Part shown: piece by piece, positions 17,637 to 27,877 of the stretch | Numbering within the stretch: the first letter of the stretch is position 1 | Layout of the letters: each line of letters opens with the position of its first letter | Source: Candidatus Latescibacterota bacterium | GTDB lineage: Bacteria > Latescibacterota > UBA2968 > UBA8231 | DNA length: 64,000 bases | Assembly: GCA_965219385.1 (NCBI GenBank) | Contig: CBDCNM010000002.1 | Coordinates: 1,544,936-1,608,935 of the forward strand | Reading direction: 5' to 3' | Program-made: the position numbers and the translations under genes | The notes under the pieces: model-generated | Database searches by the model: none | What the model saw: the letters and a program-made list of their open reading frames with translations, nothing else | Told to the model about the DNA's origin: nothing

Positions 17637-19082
17637 ATGGCAGATGCGGAATACCTCCTCAGCGATGAAGAAATCCAGCGGTTTATCGTGGACGGGTACA
17701 TCCTGGTCCGCGCTGATTTTTCTTTTCCGCTGCATCAGCATATTTATCAAAGACTCGAGGAACTCTTCGATAAGGAAGGCAATGTCGGCAACAATATCCT
17801 GCCCCGGGTTCCGGAGATCCAGCAGGTCTACAACCACCCCGCGGTGCAAGGGGCGCTGCAGAGTTTACTGGGGCCGGACTACATCATGAACCCGCACCGC
17901 CACTGTCACCTCAACCCGCCCAACAGCAAGGGGCAGTCCTGGCACAAGGACTGTTATGTCTTCGACCACAACACCCGCCATCCCCGCTTCCACTGGCTCC
18001 TTGCTCTTTACTACCCCCAGGATGTGAGCCCGGATATGGGACCGACCGGGGTGTTGCGGGGCCAGCACCTCTACGAGTGGATCTCCGATCCCGATCCGGC
18101 CCAGTGCACCGAAGAGGAAAGCCCCATGTGCGGCCCGGCCGGGACCGTGGCCCTGGTCCACTTCGACGCCTGGCATCGGGCCATGGCCAATACCAGTGAG
18201 CGCAAGCGCTACATGCTCAAATTCCAGTTCGCACGCCTGCGGGAACCCCGCACGGCGGCGTGGAACCACACCACGGCGGCGTGGGAGCCTCCGGCAAAAA
18301 GCCGGGCCGCGGCGCTGGATGTGTGGAACTGGCTGCGGGGTTGCCCGGGGGTGGAGACGCCGGACCAGGGGGAAAATGGGAGGATGGCGTCGAGGTTGCT
18401 GGAGGAGTTGCAGAAGGGTGAGGAAGCAGGGCGCCTGCAGGCGGCCTTTGAACTGGGGGCCCTGGGCGCGGCCGTGGTGCCGGATCTGCTGGAGGCCCTG
18501 CGCCGGGAAGCCCGAGAGGTGGTGGACCGCATCGAGGACAAGACCCCGGACAATGCCCACGGCACCAACCCGACCGCCTGCCGCGCGGCCCAGGCCCTGG
18601 TGGCGGTAGGCGCGGCGGGGGTGCCGCGCCTGATCGCGGCCCTGGCGGACCAGCACTGGCTGGTGCGCGCGGCGCTGGTGGACGTGCTGGCCACGCTGGG
18701 CCCGGCCGCCGAAGCAGCCATCCCGGCGCTGATCGAACGTCTCCAGGACGAGCACTGGTGGGTGCGGCGCAATGCCGCGGAGGCCCTGGGAAGGATGGGT
18801 CCGACCGCCGGTGCCGCGTTGCCCCTGCTGGTGGCGGCCCTGCGCGATGAGGACTGGCGGGTGCGGGGGGGGGCGGCCCTGGCCCTGGCCCAGATCGGCC
18901 AGTACGCGGAAGGCGCCACCGAGGCCTTGCAAGGGGTCCTGGAAGACGAGAACCGCTACAACCGGTTCTACGCCGGACTAGCCCTGCGCCGCATGGATCG
19001 TCCCGAGGCCAGGAAGGTGCTGCTGGACAGCCTCCTCACGGCCCGCTGGTGTCCGGTGACGACGCCTGAAACCACCTTTTGA
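17637..19082 (+). CDS. PhyH-family oxygenase fused to C-terminal HEAT/PBS-lyase repeats
   Basis: FIVDGY, WHKD, AWHRA; repeats LADQHWLVRAA, LQDEHWWVRRNAAEALG, LRDEDWRVRGGAALAL. Confidence 0.85.
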   Translation: MADAEYLLSDEEIQRFIVDGYILVRADFSFPLHQHIYQRLEELFDKEGNVGNNILPRVPEIQQVYNHPAVQGALQSLLGPDYIMNPHRHCHLNPPNSKGQSWHKDCYVFDHNTRHPRFHWLLALYYPQDVSPDMGPTGVLRGQHLYEWISDPDPAQCTEEESPMCGPAGTVALVHFDAWHRAMANTSERKRYMLKFQFARLREPRTAAWNHTTAAWEPPAKSRAAALDVWNWLRGCPGVETPDQGENGRMASRLLEELQKGEEAGRLQAAFELGALGAAVVPDLLEALRREAREVVDRIEDKTPDNAHGTNPTACRAAQALVAVGAAGVPRLIAALADQHWLVRAALVDVLATLGPAAEAAIPALIERLQDEHWWVRRNAAEALGRMGPTAGAALPLLVAALRDEDWRVRGGAALALAQIGQYAEGATEALQGVLEDENRYNRFYAGLALRRMDRPEARKVLLDSLLTARWCPVTTPETTF

Positions 19083-19123
19083 CTCCAAGGTTTTGATTCC
19101 CGTGAAGGCGGAGTATTGCGGCA

Positions 19124-19861
19124 ATGAAAGAACAACTCGAGTTTTACCAGGAACATGGCTACCTGGTCGTCCCCGATGTCCTGAGCGCTCACCAGGTAGA
19201 GGTGCTCAACCAGGCGATCAATCAGAATCAGGCGGAGCATCAATCCCTGTGGATCGTGCGCGAAGAGGGCCATACCCGGCTCAACGTCCATATCCTGATG
19301 GCCCACGAGGAATTCGATCCGACCATGCGCCCCCCGGAGCTGCTGGGGCTGATGGAGGCGATCATGGGGCCGGATATCTGCGCCGAAGAGCACTCGGTGC
19401 GGATCCGCAATCCCCACCTGGACGGCCCCGGCTGGTGCCACTGGCACCGCGACAGCGGCGGGCCTTTGTGGGAGCCGCCCTACTACACCCGTTATCTTTC
19501 CGTGGTCTTTTACCTGAGTGACGTAGATGATACCACCCACACCTTCAGCGTGCTGCCCGGTTCGGCCCAGTCCGACGAGCGGCCCCCCCTCGAGGCCTAC
19601 GACCTGTCCAGGGCGCACCACATCACCGGTTCGCGCGGCACGGCGGTACTGTTCAACGCGGCGATGTTCCACGCCGGCAATGTGCGCCGCACCGAGGTGG
19701 AGCGCCGCACCATCCACATCTACTGCGGCCGCGCCACGGACCGCTATTTGAGTAACTACACCATCTTTCCGCGCCGCCTTCTGCAGGCCGAGGACGAGGC
19801 GGTGCGCCGCTACTACAGCCGACCCAACCTGATAACCCGGTTGATGATCGACCACTTTTGA
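19124..19861 (+). CDS. PhyH-family Fe(II)/2OG oxygenase
   Basis: FYQEHGYLVV, WHRD, VLPGS, MFHAG, ERRTIH. Confidence 0.85.
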   Translation: MKEQLEFYQEHGYLVVPDVLSAHQVEVLNQAINQNQAEHQSLWIVREEGHTRLNVHILMAHEEFDPTMRPPELLGLMEAIMGPDICAEEHSVRIRNPHLDGPGWCHWHRDSGGPLWEPPYYTRYLSVVFYLSDVDDTTHTFSVLPGSAQSDERPPLEAYDLSRAHHITGSRGTAVLFNAAMFHAGNVRRTEVERRTIHIYCGRATDRYLSNYTIFPRRLLQAEDEAVRRYYSRPNLITRLMIDHF

Positions 19862-19979
19862 TGGTTTTTAGTACGGCGCACCCAGCCCCTGGCCTGAAGA
19901 TCGGCAATACAAAAACGGACGGACGATTGCTGCCGTCCACCTAGGACGAAGCATCGCAAAAATCCGCTGGAGAGCCTGC

Positions 19980-20246
19980 GTGAATGAAAACGCGTCGGGG
20001 GAAAGCCTTTACAACGGCATAGAGCTTCCAGCTTCCTGGCCGCCAGGAGGTCTGGACGAGAACGCGCACGAGCCGCTGCCCGTCCCGTACCTTGAGGACC
20101 CCCCTGCGGCGATCCCCATCAACTTTCATCTGCAAACCGGGAAGCTGTTTTCGTTCTGGGTCACCGACGATCCGGGGGGGGCGAGTTACGGGTACGGGGC
20201 TGCGGGGGGACCGGGTTTTACCCGGGGGAGGGATTTGCCGAGATGA
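19980..20246 (+). pseudogene. Internally deleted remnant of a beta-propeller glycoside hydrolase (GH32-like) gene
   Basis: N-terminal LYNGIELPASWPP...PVPYLEDPPAAIPI is fused straight to C-terminal FHLQTGKLFSFWV...ASYGYGAAGGPGF, with the catalytic core absent. Family recognised from memory. Confidence 0.55.
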
Positions 20247-20283
20247 TCCCCATTCAAAAAAGGAGACTGAAGGAGAACGGGAC

Positions 20284-21264
20284 ATGAACTATCGAATCCT
20301 GGGACAGACCGGACTGAAGGTGTCGGAGATCGGCCTGGGGGCCTTTCCGATCGCCGGGATGCGGGAACGGCCGGACGGGTCGCGGTTCGGGTGGACCGGG
20401 ACGGATGACGCCGAGTCGATTGCGCTGATCCACCGGTGCGAAGAGCTGGGGATCAATCTGATCGATTCGGCCGAAGGGTATGGCGAGGGCCACAGCGAGG
20501 CGTTGACCGGGCGGGCCCTGAAGGGGAGGCGGGAAAAATGGCTTGTGGCGACGAAGGTGCAGCCCAACCGGGGCCTGGAAACACAGACGCCGGACGAGGC
20601 AGCGGCGAGGCAGCGGATTGTGGAGGCGTGCGAGGGGAGCCTGAGGCGGCTGCAGACCGATCGCATCGACGTGTACCAGCTCCACGCAGTGCCCTACACT
20701 TGGGCGATGCCGGCAGTGATGGAGACCCTGGCCAAGCTCCGGGATGGGGGGAAGGTGCGCTGGTACGGGATTTCGACCAACGAGCGCGAGGCGATCGATC
20801 AGCTCCAGGCGCTGGGGCCGATCCACGTGCTTCAGATCGGCTACAACCTGCTGGAGCGGACGGCGGACGAACTGCTGCACTGGGCAAAGCACGAGGATAT
20901 CGGCACCTTGATCCGGGTGCCGCTGGCCAAGGGGATGCTGACGGGGAAATACGTCGGGAAAGGGGCGGAGCGGATGCCGGAAAACGACCTGCGCTACGAA
21001 CGGTTCAACCGGCCGGAGACCATCAACGGACTTGAGAAGCTGCCCGGGTTATCGTTCCTGGAGACCCCCGAACGGACCATGGCGCAGGCGGCGCTCCGCT
21101 TCGTGCTGGACCACCCGGGGGTTTCGTGCGCGATTGCGGGGGGGAAGAACCGGCGGCAGGTGGAGGAGAACGCCGCGGTATCGGATCTGCCTTTGCTAGC
21201 CCAGGAGGAGATGGAACGGGCGCTTCCAATTGCGGATACCATCCAGACGCCGGGGTGGATATAA
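20284..21264 (+). CDS. Aldo/keto reductase
   Basis: YRILGQTGLKVSEIGLG, IDSAEGYGEGHSE, ATK, SLRRLQTDRIDVYQLH, PLAKGMLTGKY; GGAG RBS. Confidence 0.92.
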   Translation: MNYRILGQTGLKVSEIGLGAFPIAGMRERPDGSRFGWTGTDDAESIALIHRCEELGINLIDSAEGYGEGHSEALTGRALKGRREKWLVATKVQPNRGLETQTPDEAAARQRIVEACEGSLRRLQTDRIDVYQLHAVPYTWAMPAVMETLAKLRDGGKVRWYGISTNEREAIDQLQALGPIHVLQIGYNLLERTADELLHWAKHEDIGTLIRVPLAKGMLTGKYVGKGAERMPENDLRYERFNRPETINGLEKLPGLSFLETPERTMAQAALRFVLDHPGVSCAIAGGKNRRQVEENAAVSDLPLLAQEEMERALPIADTIQTPGWI

Positions 21265-21266
21265 CC

Positions 21267-23402
21267 ATGGACGCAGTGCGGATCGAGACGGCGCCGGAGG
21301 CCGATGCCCTGCAGCGCCACGCCGCCGCCCAGCTGCAGGACTACCTGCGGCAGGTGTTCGGGGTCGAGGCGAGCATGGACGCCGGCGCCCAGCGCGCCGA
21401 AGGGGCGCGGATCCTGCTCGGCCAGGTCGCCGATCCGCACATCGGCCGGTCGTGCCGCTCCCTGCCCGGGCTGAGTAGCCAGGGACATCTCCTGCGCCGC
21501 GTCGATGAGCGCACCCTGCTGCTGGCGGGGGGCAGCAGCGCTGCCGTGGCCTGGGCGGTCTATGAGCTGGCCGAGCGCTGGGGGGTGCGCTTCCTGCTGC
21601 ACGGCGACGTCCTGCCGCCGCCACGGGGACCCTTTCATCTTCCCGACCTCGACCTGACCCTGGAACCCGAGCTGCCCCTGCGCTCCTGGCGGCAGTTCAA
21701 CGACCTGCCCACCGGGCCGGTCCTGTGGACCCTGGCCCAGCAACGCGCCTTCATCGGCCAGGTCTTCAAGCTCAAGTTTAACGGCATTTACTTGTGCCTG
21801 TGGCCGCAGCACCCCTTCGTCGATTTTGAGGTCGGCGGCGTCCGTCGGCGCACGGCGACACTCCTCTTCGGGCAGCGGATCCCGGTCGATGACGACACCA
21901 CGGGGCGCCACCTGCTGCCGGAGGACATGGCCGTCCTCGACAACCCGGAGTTCGCCGGCGCGCAGACCTGCGAGGAGAAGCTGCACGCCGGGCGCCGGCT
22001 CCTCGACGGCCTCCTGGAGACGGCCCGATTCTACCAGCTGCACACCAGCCTGCAGCTGCAGTCCCTCGAGTTCCCGGTGGAGTTCCAGCCTCTCCTGCAG
22101 GAACCGGCCACCGGGGTGCAACTCGGCGGGCTGACCTGCTCGGAGCGCGGCGACCTGACGGGGCCGCGGCACGTCGCCCTCATGGAAGCCAACCTCAACG
22201 CCTATCTGGATCAGCTGGGCGACCGCATCGACGAGATCGGCCTGTCGATCCCCGAACATCCCCAGGCGGAGCGCCACTTCGAGGCCTGCTGGCGCGCCCT
22301 CGACGCGGACTACGGCCTGGAGGCCGACCACCCGCTCGAGCGCCTCCAGGCCCTGGCCGAGGGCAACTACCTGGTGCCCGGCGGATTGGAGCGGGCGCGG
22401 CGCGAGTTCCGCTCGTCGATCTCGATGCTCCACTTCTTCGACCGCTTCTTCCGCCGCGACACCGAGGTGCTGGGCCGGGCCCGCGATCTGGGCGTCGACA
22501 TCCACCTGACCCTGGGCGGCAACTCGGAGGCCCTCTTTCCCGTGCTGGAGAAGGTCCTGTGGCCCGGCGCCGGCGTGTTCACCTCTCTGGCCTACACCTC
22601 GTCCCGCGCCGTGCGCGCCGTGCGCGCCATGCACGCCATGGAGCACCTCGATGCCTCGCGGCTGCCGGCAACCCTCATCCTCACCTTCCAGGACGACAAT
22701 GTCGGCTCCCTGCCCCAGGTGGCCACCGAGAGCATCCACCAGCTGCTGAGCCAGGCCCGCCGTCTGGGCTGGCGCGGCTTCTTCACCCGCCACTGGCCGA
22801 TCGGCGATCTCGACCCGGTGGCGGCCTACGCGGCCAAGGCCTGCTGGGATGCCAGCGCCACCCCGGCCCTGGCCTACCACGACCACTTTGGCACGGTCTA
22901 CGGGCGGGACGCCGCGCCCGACATGCAGCGGGCCATGCGCCTCCTCGAGGACGCCACCGTGATCCTCGACCTCGACTTCCTCGGCCTCTTCTTCCCGGTC
23001 CTGGGCACCATGAGCCGGCTCCTCGAGGCCGACGCACCCATGCCGGAGGGGTTGTTCCATATCCGCGCCCTGTACGAGGAGGTGGAGCGCATTCTGGCGC
23101 GCGCCGCCGGGCTTGTCGACGGAGAGGCCGGGCGCGTTGAGGTTGCCTACTGGCAGGGCCGGTTGCGCTTTGCGGTGCAGGCTCTGGTGGCGAAGGATCT
23201 GCTGCACCAGGCGGGGATGGCGCGGCAGGCCGGGGACGCGGCGGCCGCACGCCCGCTCGTGCGCGGCGCCGTAGACGCGGCCCGCGCCGGGCTCGAGGCG
23301 ATGGCCGGCGTGGCGCGGGACGAATCGGATGCAAACTCCGTGGCCGCCTACCACCACTTCTTCGTGCGCCAGGTCGAGGCGGCGGCAAGGGACTCGACAT
23401 GA
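21267..23402 (+). CDS. Hypothetical glycoside-hydrolase-like protein (GH20/GH67-type N-terminal domain)
   Basis: HAAAQLQDYLRQVFG, LLLAGGSSAAVAWAVYELAERWGVRFLLHGD, EPELPLR; long ORF with coding-like codon bias. Confidence 0.6.
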   Translation: MDAVRIETAPEADALQRHAAAQLQDYLRQVFGVEASMDAGAQRAEGARILLGQVADPHIGRSCRSLPGLSSQGHLLRRVDERTLLLAGGSSAAVAWAVYELAERWGVRFLLHGDVLPPPRGPFHLPDLDLTLEPELPLRSWRQFNDLPTGPVLWTLAQQRAFIGQVFKLKFNGIYLCLWPQHPFVDFEVGGVRRRTATLLFGQRIPVDDDTTGRHLLPEDMAVLDNPEFAGAQTCEEKLHAGRRLLDGLLETARFYQLHTSLQLQSLEFPVEFQPLLQEPATGVQLGGLTCSERGDLTGPRHVALMEANLNAYLDQLGDRIDEIGLSIPEHPQAERHFEACWRALDADYGLEADHPLERLQALAEGNYLVPGGLERARREFRSSISMLHFFDRFFRRDTEVLGRARDLGVDIHLTLGGNSEALFPVLEKVLWPGAGVFTSLAYTSSRAVRAVRAMHAMEHLDASRLPATLILTFQDDNVGSLPQVATESIHQLLSQARRLGWRGFFTRHWPIGDLDPVAAYAAKACWDASATPALAYHDHFGTVYGRDAAPDMQRAMRLLEDATVILDLDFLGLFFPVLGTMSRLLEADAPMPEGLFHIRALYEEVERILARAAGLVDGEAGRVEVAYWQGRLRFAVQALVAKDLLHQAGMARQAGDAAAARPLVRGAVDAARAGLEAMAGVARDESDANSVAAYHHFFVRQVEAAARDST

Positions 23403-23658
23403 GCAGGATCGACCACCTACCAATCCTGTTCGCACCGGGACGCGGTCGAGGTCGCGCGCTGGCGCCGGCCGTGAGTCTCAGCCGGACGAATACATCGGAT
23501 CGCGGCCGAACACAGAGGCTATCGCTTCGAAGGGCATCCCCCAGCGCCTCAGAAACAGCGGCTTTTCGACCGCGTCGGTGCGACCCCGGCCTTTCACACA
23601 AAATCCAGTAGTATCAAAGGTGTTCCACAAGTCGCGCGCGATGGGGAATTCCACGGAG

Positions 23659-26600
23659 TCAGTTTTTGACCGCAAAGAGAATTTTGTAGAGCACCGGCAC
23701 GAACAGCAAGGTGATCACAGTGGCAAAAAGCAAGCCCACCATGATGGCCACCGCCATCGGCTCCCACATCAGCCCGCCGCCAAAATAGAGGGGAATAAGC
23801 CCCAGCGTCGTCGTGCAGGTGGTCAGCAGGATGGGGCGAAAACGCTGCTGAGCCGCGGCGACAATCGCCTCAATAGACGCCCGTCCGGATTGATCCAGTT
23901 CGATTTGTATGCGGTCTATGAGCACGATCGCGTTGTTGATGACGATACCGGCCAGCGAGATCAATCCTAGAAAGGCGAAAAAACCAAAGAACGACCGGAA
24001 GACAAGCAGTCCGGCGATGACCCCGATCAGGCCGAGCGGAATGGTGCTCAGCACGATAAAGGTCTTGCGCAAGGAGTTGAACTGAACAATCAACAACGCC
24101 AGAATGATAAAGCCGGACAAAGGCAGCTGGGCGACGACCGCGCTCATGGCCTCACCGCTTTGCTCCGACTCGCCGCCCAGCTCGTAGCGATAGCCCTGCT
24201 TCCACGATTCGCTGTCTTCCCTGTCTTCCTCTAGCCAAGGGATGAGCACGTCGGTGATATCCTGCGCGGTAAAACCGCTTTTGGCGTCGCAGGTCACGGT
24301 CAAGGTTCGGTACAGATCGCGCCGTTTGATCTTGGCGAGTTGCCACTGAGGCACGATCTGCGCCACTTGTCCGAGGGGCACATTGTTGCCCGACCCCTGG
24401 GCGTAGATGTTGATGCTCTCCAATTGGCGCACATCGACGTCCTGACTGCTCTCGTTGCGCAGGACAATGGGGATACTTTGGTCTCCCTCGCGGAAAGCAC
24501 CCGTATTGAACCCCGTGAGCGCGGTCTGCAACGAAAGGGCGATATCCTGGTTAGTCAAGCCGGCGTTCTGGGTCTTGGACTGGTCGATGTCAACGACGAC
24601 TTTTTTGATTTTAGGCCCCCAGTCGTCGCCGATGTTCTGCGCACTGGCCATTTCGTTGAGCTTTTGCTTGATGCGCCCGGCGAGACCGAACAGTTCGTTG
24701 GGATCCGGCCCTGTTATCCGCACGGCCACGTCACTGCCGCCTCCGCCCCCCGCCAACCGCGAAACCCGTATTTCGGCGTCGGGAAAGGAGCGGAAACAAA
24801 AGCCGTCCAGGCGGTCGATTACCCATTGGTTGTCCTCCCCCGAACTGGTATTGAGCAACATATGGGCATAACCCGAATTGGCTTCGCCCGCCTGATAACC
24901 CAGGTCGTAGGGAGGCGGCCCCTCGCCGACAAAGGTCGCCCAGTCCGTTATCCCGCGCCGCCGGTGTGCGCCCACCAGGAGGCTATCTGCGATGTACGAC
25001 TCGATCCGTTCTACCCGCGCGGTCGTCGTCTCGATCTTGGTGCCCAAGGGCAAATTCAGATTTACCGTCAACAGATTGCGTTCGCTGTCGGGAAAAAAGA
25101 TAAACGGCAAAAAACCAAAGCCGAAAAGCGATATTACAAACAAACCGGCGATGATCGCCGTACACGAATAGGGGCGCTCAAGGGCCTTGAGGAGCAGCTC
25201 TTTATACTGGCCGTTGAGGCGATCGATAAAAGTGCTTTTCCCGGACTGAGAGGCCTGTCGTTTCACTCGAATGAAAAACACCGCCAACAAAGTGACCATG
25301 GTCAGGGAGAGCAACCAGGAAGAGAGCAGGGCTATGGTAATTACACTGAAAAGCGGTCCCATCATCTCGCCCATGATAGACGCGGCCAGAAAGAAGGATA
25401 AGAAGGCGGCTGAAGTGGTCAGCGAAGAGACCAAGAGCGGCACGGCCAGCTCACGAGCCGATTCAATGGCAGCCTCTTTGGCCTCGGTGCCCTTTTCCAT
25501 TTTGACCATAATCGCTTCGGACACCACGATGGCATTATCCACCAGCATGCCCAGCGCCATGATCAACGCCGCCAGCGACACCTGGTTGAGACCGATATCG
25601 AGCACCCCCATGATGAAAAGGGTCGCGACAATGGTCATGGGAATGAGGCTGGCCACCACTAGACCTGTGCGCAATCCCAAAAAGATCAGCATGGATAACA
25701 GCACGATAGCGACGCTTTGCAAGAGATTGTTGGTGAAGTTGGCGACCGATTTCTCTACCTCAAAGTCTTGGGAGGCCACTCTGTTGAAGGTTATGCCCAG
25801 AGGCAGCCGCGCTTGATGGAGGGCTACCAGTTGGTCTATCTCCTTTCCCAGCTCGATGATATTGGCCCCTTCGCTGAGCGCCACGGAGAGCGACAGCCCC
25901 GGCTGCCCGTTGATCTTGACCAGGCGCTGTCTGGGTGTCTCATACTCCCGCACGATGCGGGTTATATCCCCGAGGTACACCCTCCCGCCCTTGCCCACCG
26001 CGATCAACGTCCTCCCCAGATCGTCTAGGTCAGCGTAACTGCCGGTCGGTTCGAGCACGAGGCGTTCATCCTCCAGGCTGACCTCGCCGCCGGAAAAAAC
26101 GATATTGGTACTGGCGATGTTGTTCTTGATCTTTTGGGCCGAAAGGCCCAACTCCGCCATCCTGGCGTCGTTGAACTGCAGGTATATTCGCTCTTCTTGG
26201 ATGCCACTTATTCTTACCTCAGCAGCATCGGGTAGCTTGATCAGGTCGTCGCGCAGGTCCTTGGCGCAGGCCTCGAGTTCGGCAAAGGTGAAACCATCTC
26301 CCGTCAGGCCGATCACGATGCCGTACACCGCCCCGATCCCACCGTCCAGGACCTCGGGGCCATAGGTGCCTTCGGGCAGGTCCGGGCGAATGGTCTCCAT
26401 CTTGCGGCGCAATCGATCCCATACGGCCTGGAGTTCTTCTGGAGGTACTTCCTGTTCGAGCTCTACCGCCACTACCGACAGGCCGGTCCGCGACTCACTG
26501 CTAACGGTTTTCAGTTCGGGCAACTCCTGCGCGACTTCTTCGATCTTGCTGGTAATCAGGGCCTCGACTCGCTCGGGACCAGCGCCGGGGAAGCTGGCTA

Positions 26601-26742
26601 CCACCGAGGCGACGCGGACCGTGTAGGGGGGCATACTGTCGCGCGGCATGTTTTGATAGCCAGCTAGGCCCAGCAGCCCAACGACGAGCAAGACCACGAT
26701 GGTGACGCGGTTATTTTCCAGGGCAATTTGGGTGAGGTTCAT
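23659..26742 (-). CDS. RND efflux permease (AcrB/AcrD/AcrF family)
   Basis: 1027 aa; FPGAGPERVEALIT, ALGMLVDNAIVVSE, GIVINNAIVLID, RFRPILLTTCTTTLGLIPL. Confidence 0.95.
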   Translation of the reverse strand: MNLTQIALENNRVTIVVLLVVGLLGLAGYQNMPRDSMPPYTVRVASVVASFPGAGPERVEALITSKIEEVAQELPELKTVSSESRTGLSVVAVELEQEVPPEELQAVWDRLRRKMETIRPDLPEGTYGPEVLDGGIGAVYGIVIGLTGDGFTFAELEACAKDLRDDLIKLPDAAEVRISGIQEERIYLQFNDARMAELGLSAQKIKNNIASTNIVFSGGEVSLEDERLVLEPTGSYADLDDLGRTLIAVGKGGRVYLGDITRIVREYETPRQRLVKINGQPGLSLSVALSEGANIIELGKEIDQLVALHQARLPLGITFNRVASQDFEVEKSVANFTNNLLQSVAIVLLSMLIFLGLRTGLVVASLIPMTIVATLFIMGVLDIGLNQVSLAALIMALGMLVDNAIVVSEAIMVKMEKGTEAKEAAIESARELAVPLLVSSLTTSAAFLSFFLAASIMGEMMGPLFSVITIALLSSWLLSLTMVTLLAVFFIRVKRQASQSGKSTFIDRLNGQYKELLLKALERPYSCTAIIAGLFVISLFGFGFLPFIFFPDSERNLLTVNLNLPLGTKIETTTARVERIESYIADSLLVGAHRRRGITDWATFVGEGPPPYDLGYQAGEANSGYAHMLLNTSSGEDNQWVIDRLDGFCFRSFPDAEIRVSRLAGGGGGSDVAVRITGPDPNELFGLAGRIKQKLNEMASAQNIGDDWGPKIKKVVVDIDQSKTQNAGLTNQDIALSLQTALTGFNTGAFREGDQSIPIVLRNESSQDVDVRQLESINIYAQGSGNNVPLGQVAQIVPQWQLAKIKRRDLYRTLTVTCDAKSGFTAQDITDVLIPWLEEDREDSESWKQGYRYELGGESEQSGEAMSAVVAQLPLSGFIILALLIVQFNSLRKTFIVLSTIPLGLIGVIAGLLVFRSFFGFFAFLGLISLAGIVINNAIVLIDRIQIELDQSGRASIEAIVAAAQQRFRPILLTTCTTTLGLIPLYFGGGLMWEPMAVAIMVGLLFATVITLLFVPVLYKILFAVKN

Positions 26743-26770
26743 GATATAGTCCGTTCAGGCCGGGCGCGTC

Positions 26771-27877
26771 TCACTCTTGCAAAAGGCGCACCTTCATCCC
26801 GTTCAAGAGCGATCTGAGGCCCGCGGTTGCGACCAACTCCCGTTCGGCGAGACCTTCTTCCACAACAAAACCGTCCGCTAACAGTTTGCCGATGCGAATC
26901 GGCCGGCGGTGGACAGTACCCAAGCCCTTGTCGACACCGTCTATGACAAAGACAAACCAGCCGTTGGCGTCTTCCCCTACTGCTTTGACGGGCACCACGA
27001 GCGGGTCCGATGGCCCGCCGGTGCCAAAGCGAAATTCCACTTCGCCGGCCATACCGGGCCGGATGGCGGGGGCGGGGGTGTCGAGTCGCACAATGACCGG
27101 ATACGTGCTGGAGGCGTCGAGCGCGTATGCTATCTCGCGCACCTGGGCCGCAAAATCCACTCCGGGCAGGGCTGAAAAACGCACGCGCACCGGTTCTCCG
27201 GTCTGGATTTGGACGATATAGCCTTCGGGCACCCCTACCTCCATTTCGATATCTTCGCCCGCGCTCAACTCCACCAGGGGCGCGCCGGCCTGGATCACTT
27301 CGTTGATCTCGTGGTGGACCGCGGTGACTATGCCGGCAACAGGGGCGTATATCTCATTGTATCCTAGCTGGCGCTCCTGCAAATCCAAACTCTTCTGGGC
27401 CGATTCGTAACTGGACGTGGCCGAGGCAAAGCCGTTTTTGGCCTGTTCGTATTCGGCGAGGGAGACATTGTTGGCCTGGTAGAGCTGGCGCACGCGAATG
27501 AGCCTGGACTGGGCATTGGCCTTTTGCACCCGGGCGTTTTCCAGCGCCGCCTTGGCCCGTTGATGCGCGAGGACCGCATCCCGGTTGTCGAGCGTGGCAA
27601 TGCGCTGACCCGCCTCGACTTGGTCGCCCACCTTTACGCCGATCAATTCGATGAGCCCACCCGTTCTAAAGCTGAGCTTGGCTTCGATGCCGGCTTTGGC
27701 GGTGCCGGCAAAACGCTGGCTCTGGACGGCGCTGGCGGGACGGACCTCAGCGTATTTTACCGGGCGAATGGGTTCGGCGACCTGCGGTTCGCCGCCGCAG
27801 CCAACCCACAAGCCCATTGCCAGAATATGGACCCCGACAGCTCCGAAATTTCGCTTTGGCATAGTACCTCGCTTCAT
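26771..27877 (-). CDS. RND periplasmic adaptor (membrane fusion protein), lipoprotein
   Basis: Lipobox-like WVGC; LSFRTGG, VKVGDQVEAGQRIA, IYAPVAGIV, IRPGMAG. Confidence 0.92.
   Translation of the reverse strand: MKRGTMPKRNFGAVGVHILAMGLWVGCGGEPQVAEPIRPVKYAEVRPASAVQSQRFAGTAKAGIEAKLSFRTGGLIELIGVKVGDQVEAGQRIATLDNRDAVLAHQRAKAALENARVQKANAQSRLIRVRQLYQANNVSLAEYEQAKNGFASATSSYESAQKSLDLQERQLGYNEIYAPVAGIVTAVHHEINEVIQAGAPLVELSAGEDIEMEVGVPEGYIVQIQTGEPVRVRFSALPGVDFAAQVREIAYALDASSTYPVIVRLDTPAPAIRPGMAGEVEFRFGTGGPSDPLVVPVKAVGEDANGWFVFVIDGVDKGLGTVHRRPIRIGKLLADGFVVEEGLAERELVATAGLRSLLNGMKVRLLQE

Noticed and set aside
20994..23435. 813-aa minus-strand ORF, and similar long antisense ORFs such as 30375-32303, 33537-35150 and 50060-51298
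   Set aside because: Shadow frames of real GC-rich genes on the opposite strand, with no family motifs.
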